64,000 nt of DNA, from positions 12,058-76,057 of the forward strand of contig CAYLUN010000011.1 in NCBI GenBank assembly GCA_964386865.1. Reading direction: 5' to 3'. The first letter of the stretch is position 1, and the number at the start of each line of letters is the position of its first letter. The position numbers and the translations under genes were made by a program. This stretch comes from an uncultured Lentisphaeraceae bacterium (GTDB taxonomy: Bacteria; Verrucomicrobiota; Kiritimatiellia; RFP12; UBA1067). Of the stretch, positions 60,069 to 64,000 are shown in pieces. The notes under the pieces are model-generated. The model had not been told where the DNA came from. It saw only the letters and a list, made by a program, of their open reading frames with translations, and did no database searches.

Positions 60069-60311
60069 ATGAAACGCTTCTGGCCCCTGTTATTGCTGGT
60101 TGCCGGTGTGCTGCTCGTCCTGGGCGGCTTCGCTTACGATGTGCTGTGCGCCGGCATTCCCTATCAGGATCCCACGCCGGAGCAGTCGGCGCGCTACGCG
60201 TACCATGCCCGCGTCGCGTCGTGCCTTCGCGGCGCAGGCCTAGCCGCCTTGCTGGCCGGGGCCGTCGCGGGTCTCGTCCGCCGCATGACCCGCAAGCCGC
60301 GCGGCGGATGA
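60069..60311 (+). CDS. Small two-TM membrane protein, hypothetical
   Basis: RBS GAGGA. 80 aa, with two hydrophobic helices. Confidence 0.45.
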   Translation: MKRFWPLLLLVAGVLLVLGGFAYDVLCAGIPYQDPTPEQSARYAYHARVASCLRGAGLAALLAGAVAGLVRRMTRKPRGG

Positions 60312-60523
60312 CGACAGCGCGGGCGGACGAGCCTCGTCCGGCTCGTAGCGCCGGACGTACTGTTTCATCTCGGATGCCGCGGCTTATCTGCTTCCGAACG
60401 TCGGTCCGCGCGCAGGTGAGTTCCCCGTCACGAACCGAAGGCTACGCGCCGGCTGAACGGCATGGACAGAAGCAGAACGGCGTGCTACGGTATCCTGTGC
60501 GTACGGTATACGGGAGGTGCGGC

Positions 60524-61522
60524 ATGCGTGTGATGAACTGGACGGTCGTTGTTTGGGGTGCGGCGTTTGCGCTGGCGGCGGCGGGAGCGGAGCCCGCGAT
60601 GAAGTGGGCGGATGAGACGCGGCTCGGGCGGCCGTTCTCGAAAGACCCGTCGGTGATCCGCTTCAAAGACCGCTACCTGATGTATTTCTCGCTGCCGCCG
60701 TTCGACGCGAAGCTCGCGCCGACGAACGCGCCCAAGGGCTGGTCGATCGGCATTGCCGAAAGCAAAGACCTGCTGGCCTGGAGCAAGGTCACCGAGCTGC
60801 GCCCGGAGCAGCCGTGCGACGCGAAAGGCCTGTGCGCGCCCGGCGCGCTGGTGCTGGAGGGCCGCGTGCACATCTTCTACCAGACCTACGGCAACGGCCC
60901 CAAGGACGCGCTCTGCCACGCGGTGTCTGACGACGGCGTGACCTTCACGCGGCACCCGCAGAACCCGGTTTTCCGCCCGCACGGCGCGTGGACCTCGGGC
61001 CGAGCGATCGACGCCGAGGCCTTCCCGCTCAACGGCAAGCTGCTGCTCTACTTCGCGACGCGCGACCCCAACATGGTCACGCAGATGGTCGGCGTGGCGT
61101 CGGCCGACCTGACGTCGGACTTCGGCCCCGCGGCGTGGACGCAGCTGCGCGACGGGCCGGTGCTGCGGCCCGAGCTGCCGTGGGAGAAGAAGTGCATCGA
61201 GGCTCCGACCGTGCTCCGGCGCGGCGACACGCTCTTCATGTTCTACGCGGGCGGCTACAACAACGAGCCGCAGCAGGTGGGCGTGGCCTCCAGCGCGGAC
61301 GGCGTCACGTGGGCGCGCCTCTCGGCCGAGCCGCTGCTGCCGAACGGCAAGCCGGGGGAGTGGAACGCCTCCGAGTCGGGCCACCCCGGCATCTTCGGCG
61401 AAGCCGACGGCCAGACGTGGCTCTTCTTCCAGGGCAACGCCGACAAGGGCAAGACCTGGTTCCTCTCGCGCGTCGGCATCGAGTGGAAGGCAGGCCGTCC
61501 GGCGGTGAAGAGGGGTCGTTAG
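60524..61522 (+). CDS. Secreted 5-bladed beta-propeller glycoside hydrolase (GH43/GH130/GH32-clan-like)
   Basis: RBS GGGAGGTG precedes the ATG at 60524, followed by a signal peptide. The motifs SKDPSVIRFKDRYLMYFS and ESKDLLAWSKV are typical of this propeller clan. Confidence 0.6.
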   Translation: MRVMNWTVVVWGAAFALAAAGAEPAMKWADETRLGRPFSKDPSVIRFKDRYLMYFSLPPFDAKLAPTNAPKGWSIGIAESKDLLAWSKVTELRPEQPCDAKGLCAPGALVLEGRVHIFYQTYGNGPKDALCHAVSDDGVTFTRHPQNPVFRPHGAWTSGRAIDAEAFPLNGKLLLYFATRDPNMVTQMVGVASADLTSDFGPAAWTQLRDGPVLRPELPWEKKCIEAPTVLRRGDTLFMFYAGGYNNEPQQVGVASSADGVTWARLSAEPLLPNGKPGEWNASESGHPGIFGEADGQTWLFFQGNADKGKTWFLSRVGIEWKAGRPAVKRGR

Positions 61523-61619
61523 CCGGTGACAAATACATTTGACTAGTGCTAGGTTATTATAGAAACTAGAATGCAATAGTGGGTTTGTATTGTTTTGGGT
61601 TAGATAAGGAGTCGGAAAC

Positions 61620-63758
61620 ATGCCTCAGAGAACTGCCGTTGTCAATGGAATGACGCTCACGTTCGATGCCCGCCCGGATCGGCTCGACCTGCGGGATTTG
61701 CCGTATCGTCCGCCGGTCGAAAACCTGCCGCCCGCATATCCCGATGACGAGCTTGTGAAGGATTTGCTTCCCGGTTATCTGAAGGCGGGGCTGATCCTCG
61801 ATCAGGGAAAGGAGGGCGCCTGCACGGGTTTCGGCCTGTCGGCGGTCGTCAACTTCCTGCGCTGGACGACCGCGTTCGAGAACAAGCAGCCGATGAGTTC
61901 GGCGGATCTGGTGAGCCCCCGTATGCTCTACCACCTGGCCCGCTTCTACGACGAGTGGCCCGGCGAGGATTACGACGGGTCGAGCTGCCGGGGGGCGCTG
62001 AAGGGGTGGCAGCGGCACGGCGTCTGCCTGGAGAGGCTCTGGCCGTACAACAGAGGCCGCTTTGTGCGGCCTTCCGAAGGCTGGGAGGTAGATGCCGTCG
62101 CCCGCCCGCTCGGTGTGTATTACCGGATCCAGCGGGATTCTGTTGTGGACATGCAGTCGGCCATCCTTCAGGCGGGCGCGATCTACGTCTCGGCCGACGT
62201 TCACGCAGGGTGGACGATCGACGGGAGGGCGAGGGGGCTACCCACGCATGCGAAGCTGCCGGTGATCAAGCCCAGCACGAAGATACTGGGCGGGCACGCC
62301 TTCGCGATCATCGGCTATAACGATGTCGGCTTTGTCGTCCAGAATTCGTGGGGTGCCGACTGGGGCTGGTCGGGCTTCGCCGTGTTGCCCTATGAGGACT
62401 GGGTGGCCCACGGGACGGACGCGTGGGTTGCCGGGCTGGGGGCGCCGGTCACCCGCACGGTGCCGGTTGCGCAAGGGAGCAAGGTGCACAAGGCGCCGCA
62501 GTACTTCGTTCGACACGGGGGGCGCGTTGCGGCGGCCGGTCAGCTGCCGGGCTGGACCGGGTCGGCAGGCGATCCATTAGGACATCGCGCAGGCGTATGG
62601 GACGAGCAAGCCGCCTATTGGCATACCTTGGTGTCCGGCAATGACGGCTGCGTGCTCAATCGTCTGCCTCAGGCGGAGAATGAGAGAGACAACCTGAAGA
62701 TCGTTGCCTTGGAACAGCCGCAGGCGTGGTTCAAGGCGCGAGGGCAGGCGGAGCCGGCTCGGGTTGTGATCTATGCTCACGGGGGGCTGAATTCGGAGCA
62801 AGCGTCCGTCTCGCGGATACGGGTTCTCGGCCCCAACTTCGAGGCAAACGGCATCTATCCGATCTTTGTGACGTGGAAGAGCGGCTGGGCGGAAACGCTC
62901 GGCAATATGGTCGAGGATGCCGCGAAAGAGGTCTTTGGCGGGGCCTTGCCGCCGGCCAAAGGGTTGGGCGACGTCATCGCCGAGGCGACGGACCGCGCGC
63001 TGGAGGCCATCAGCCGCACCGTCCTTGTGCGCGGCATGTGGTCGGAGATGAAGGAGAACGTCTCCCGGTCCTCCGGCACGGGCCGGGGCGTCGACGGTCT
63101 GGCCGAGCAGCTGAAGCGGCTCTCCGTCGCCCTGGGCGGCAAGCTCGAGATTCATCTGGCCGGGCATTCGGCCGGTTCGTTTGTCTGCGGCCACCTGCTG
63201 AGCGAGTTCAAGGGTCGGAGGCTTGCGGCCTCCAGCTGCACGCTGTTTGCGCCGGCTTGCGATCTGGGCTTCGCGTTGGAGCACTATGCGGCCGCGATTC
63301 GCGCTGGACGCCTCGACCGGAGCCGCTTCCACATTCACGCCCTCGCCGACTCCTTGGAGCAGGGCGATACGGTTGGGCCTTATCGGAAATCGCTGCTCTA
63401 CCTCGTGAGCCGCGCGCTGGAGCGCTGGCACAAGACCCCCTTGCTCGGGCTGGCCACGGCGTTCGACCCCCGCTACGCGTCCGACGAGTTTTGGCACAAG
63501 GACGCCTTGGCGGATATCAAGGCCTGGCAGAAGTTCTTTTGGCAGGGCCAGACCCCGCCGAGCGGCTTTGCCAAGGCGGGGCAGGCTGCCGGGCTCCGGA
63601 CGCTGGCGGTTTGGAGTAAGCCGCAGATCGACACGGGGGCGGGGCCCGCCAAGAGCACGCATGGCTCGTTTGACAACAGCGTCGCCCATATCACGGGCGC
63701 GATCGCGTCCATTCGCGGCGGCCCCTTGACAAAGAAGGTCTCGCCTCTCAACTACTGA
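61620..63758 (+). CDS. Cytoplasmic two-domain protein: N-terminal papain-like C1 cysteine peptidase fused to C-terminal alpha/beta-hydrolase (GHSAG nucleophile elbow)
   Basis: C1 catalytic residues are present: QGKEGAC (Gln/Cys), GGHAFAIIGY (His), QNSWGADWGWSGF (Asn). The C-terminal half carries VVIYAHGGLN and HLAGHSAGS. No signal peptide. An AT-rich 80-bp leader with a TAAGGAG RBS precedes it. Confidence 0.75.
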   Translation: MPQRTAVVNGMTLTFDARPDRLDLRDLPYRPPVENLPPAYPDDELVKDLLPGYLKAGLILDQGKEGACTGFGLSAVVNFLRWTTAFENKQPMSSADLVSPRMLYHLARFYDEWPGEDYDGSSCRGALKGWQRHGVCLERLWPYNRGRFVRPSEGWEVDAVARPLGVYYRIQRDSVVDMQSAILQAGAIYVSADVHAGWTIDGRARGLPTHAKLPVIKPSTKILGGHAFAIIGYNDVGFVVQNSWGADWGWSGFAVLPYEDWVAHGTDAWVAGLGAPVTRTVPVAQGSKVHKAPQYFVRHGGRVAAAGQLPGWTGSAGDPLGHRAGVWDEQAAYWHTLVSGNDGCVLNRLPQAENERDNLKIVALEQPQAWFKARGQAEPARVVIYAHGGLNSEQASVSRIRVLGPNFEANGIYPIFVTWKSGWAETLGNMVEDAAKEVFGGALPPAKGLGDVIAEATDRALEAISRTVLVRGMWSEMKENVSRSSGTGRGVDGLAEQLKRLSVALGGKLEIHLAGHSAGSFVCGHLLSEFKGRRLAASSCTLFAPACDLGFALEHYAAAIRAGRLDRSRFHIHALADSLEQGDTVGPYRKSLLYLVSRALERWHKTPLLGLATAFDPRYASDEFWHKDALADIKAWQKFFWQGQTPPSGFAKAGQAAGLRTLAVWSKPQIDTGAGPAKSTHGSFDNSVAHITGAIASIRGGPLTKKVSPLNY

Positions 63759-63804
63759 GCCCCCCCCCCGCCCGCTGAAAGCAGAGGGCGATGAAAACGA
63801 GCGA

Positions 63805-63838
63805 GGCGTCGCGCCACAGGCGCCACGCCTCGCCTCTG
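63805..63838. terminator. Bidirectional hairpin between convergent genes (12-bp interrupted stem, 3-nt loop), preceded by a C10 homopolymer tract
   Basis: GAGGCGT-C-GCGCC-ACA-GGCGC-C-ACGCCTC. The poly-C tract lies at about 63769-63780. Confidence 0.4.
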
Positions 63839-63843
63839 CCACG

Positions 63844-64000
63844 ATAGCGGCGACTACTCGCCGTACACGGTCGTGATGGTCTCGTTATAGATGAACAGAA
63901 TGTTCTTCACGTTGTAGTCCACATGGTGGACTTTGTTGATTCCGCCGTTGCGCATGGCGGCGCCGATGGAGGCGTCTCCCGTGTTGAAGCAGATGATGCC
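63844..64000 (-). CDS. Partial CDS (C-terminal 52 codons, runs off window end); product unknown
   Basis: The open minus-strand frame ends with a TAG stop at 63844-63846. It translates ...GIICFNTGDASIGAAMRNGGINKVHHVDYNVKNILFIYNETITTVYGE. Confidence 0.35.

Overview
This window is high-GC (about 68%) chromosomal DNA, probably from a PVC-superphylum bacterium (Verrucomicrobiota or Kiritimatiellota-like). The evidence is autotransporter-associated beta-strand (PATR) repeats, many LamG/PA14/cadherin-like surface proteins, and a dense set of glycan-degradation genes. Gene content runs in the following order.

- **152-3022, 3205-3906:** a beta-propeller/CxxCH cytochrome-like protein and a cupin-like lipoprotein.
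- **4214-13534 (minus):** a roughly 3100-aa PA14-PA14-heparinase II/III-cadherin-LamG-PATR giant surface protein.
- **13899-14432:** a P/Q-rich repeat lipoprotein.
- **14632-18103:** a sialate O-acetylesterase (SASA), a HEXXH metalloprotease-like protein and a metallophosphoesterase.
- **18118-21682:** a glycyl-radical enzyme (GRE) activase and a 786-aa PFL-like GRE of the 1,2-eliminase class (GCVE Cys loop).
- **22433-24913:** a low-GC small ORF translationally coupled to an AmpG-like MFS permease, then a MarC-family membrane protein.
- **25115-28753:** a 1212-aa LamG-PA14-LamG secreted protein.
- **28720-30400 (minus):** two membrane proteins.
- **30595-36111:** a second giant (1838 aa) cadherin-like/LamG surface protein.
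- **36305-39046:** the conserved rpmH-rnpA-yidD-yidC cluster.
- **39279-43902:** a GH92 alpha-mannosidase-like enzyme and a DUF2961/GH172-like protein.
- **43934-45604 (minus):** a host-attachment-like protein and a CPBP intramembrane protease. The protease is flanked by two near-identical 232-bp miniature inverted-repeat transposable elements (MITEs). Each has 10-bp terminal inverted repeats and its own 9-bp target-site duplication.
- **45964-50035:** phosphomannomutase, galactokinase and a secreted hypothetical protein.
- **50183-54323:** a 1084-aa BNR/Asp-box glycosidase and a Sel1-repeat lipoprotein.
- **54411-60311:** a tight sulfur-assimilation operon. It encodes two MetY/MetB-family PLP enzymes, a siroheme sulfite reductase, a GltD-like NAD(P)H flavo-Fe-S reductase and a small membrane protein.
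- **60524-61522:** a beta-propeller glycoside hydrolase.
- **61620-63758:** a cytoplasmic papain-like C1 peptidase fused to an alpha/beta-hydrolase, preceded by an AT-rich islet.
- **63844-64000 (minus):** a partial CDS at the window edge.

The most unusual non-genic signals are the MITE pair; a perfect 26-bp palindrome (TTCTCACACCTCCGGAGGTGTGAGAA) found about 130-145 bp upstream of both the GRE gene and the LamG/PA14 gene; a 90-bp tandem duplication downstream of the GRE; and several long GC-rich hairpins or inverted-repeat (IR) structures between genes. The metY-like first gene of the sulfur operon probably uses a non-canonical start. Many long GC-driven shadow ORFs in the track were rejected.
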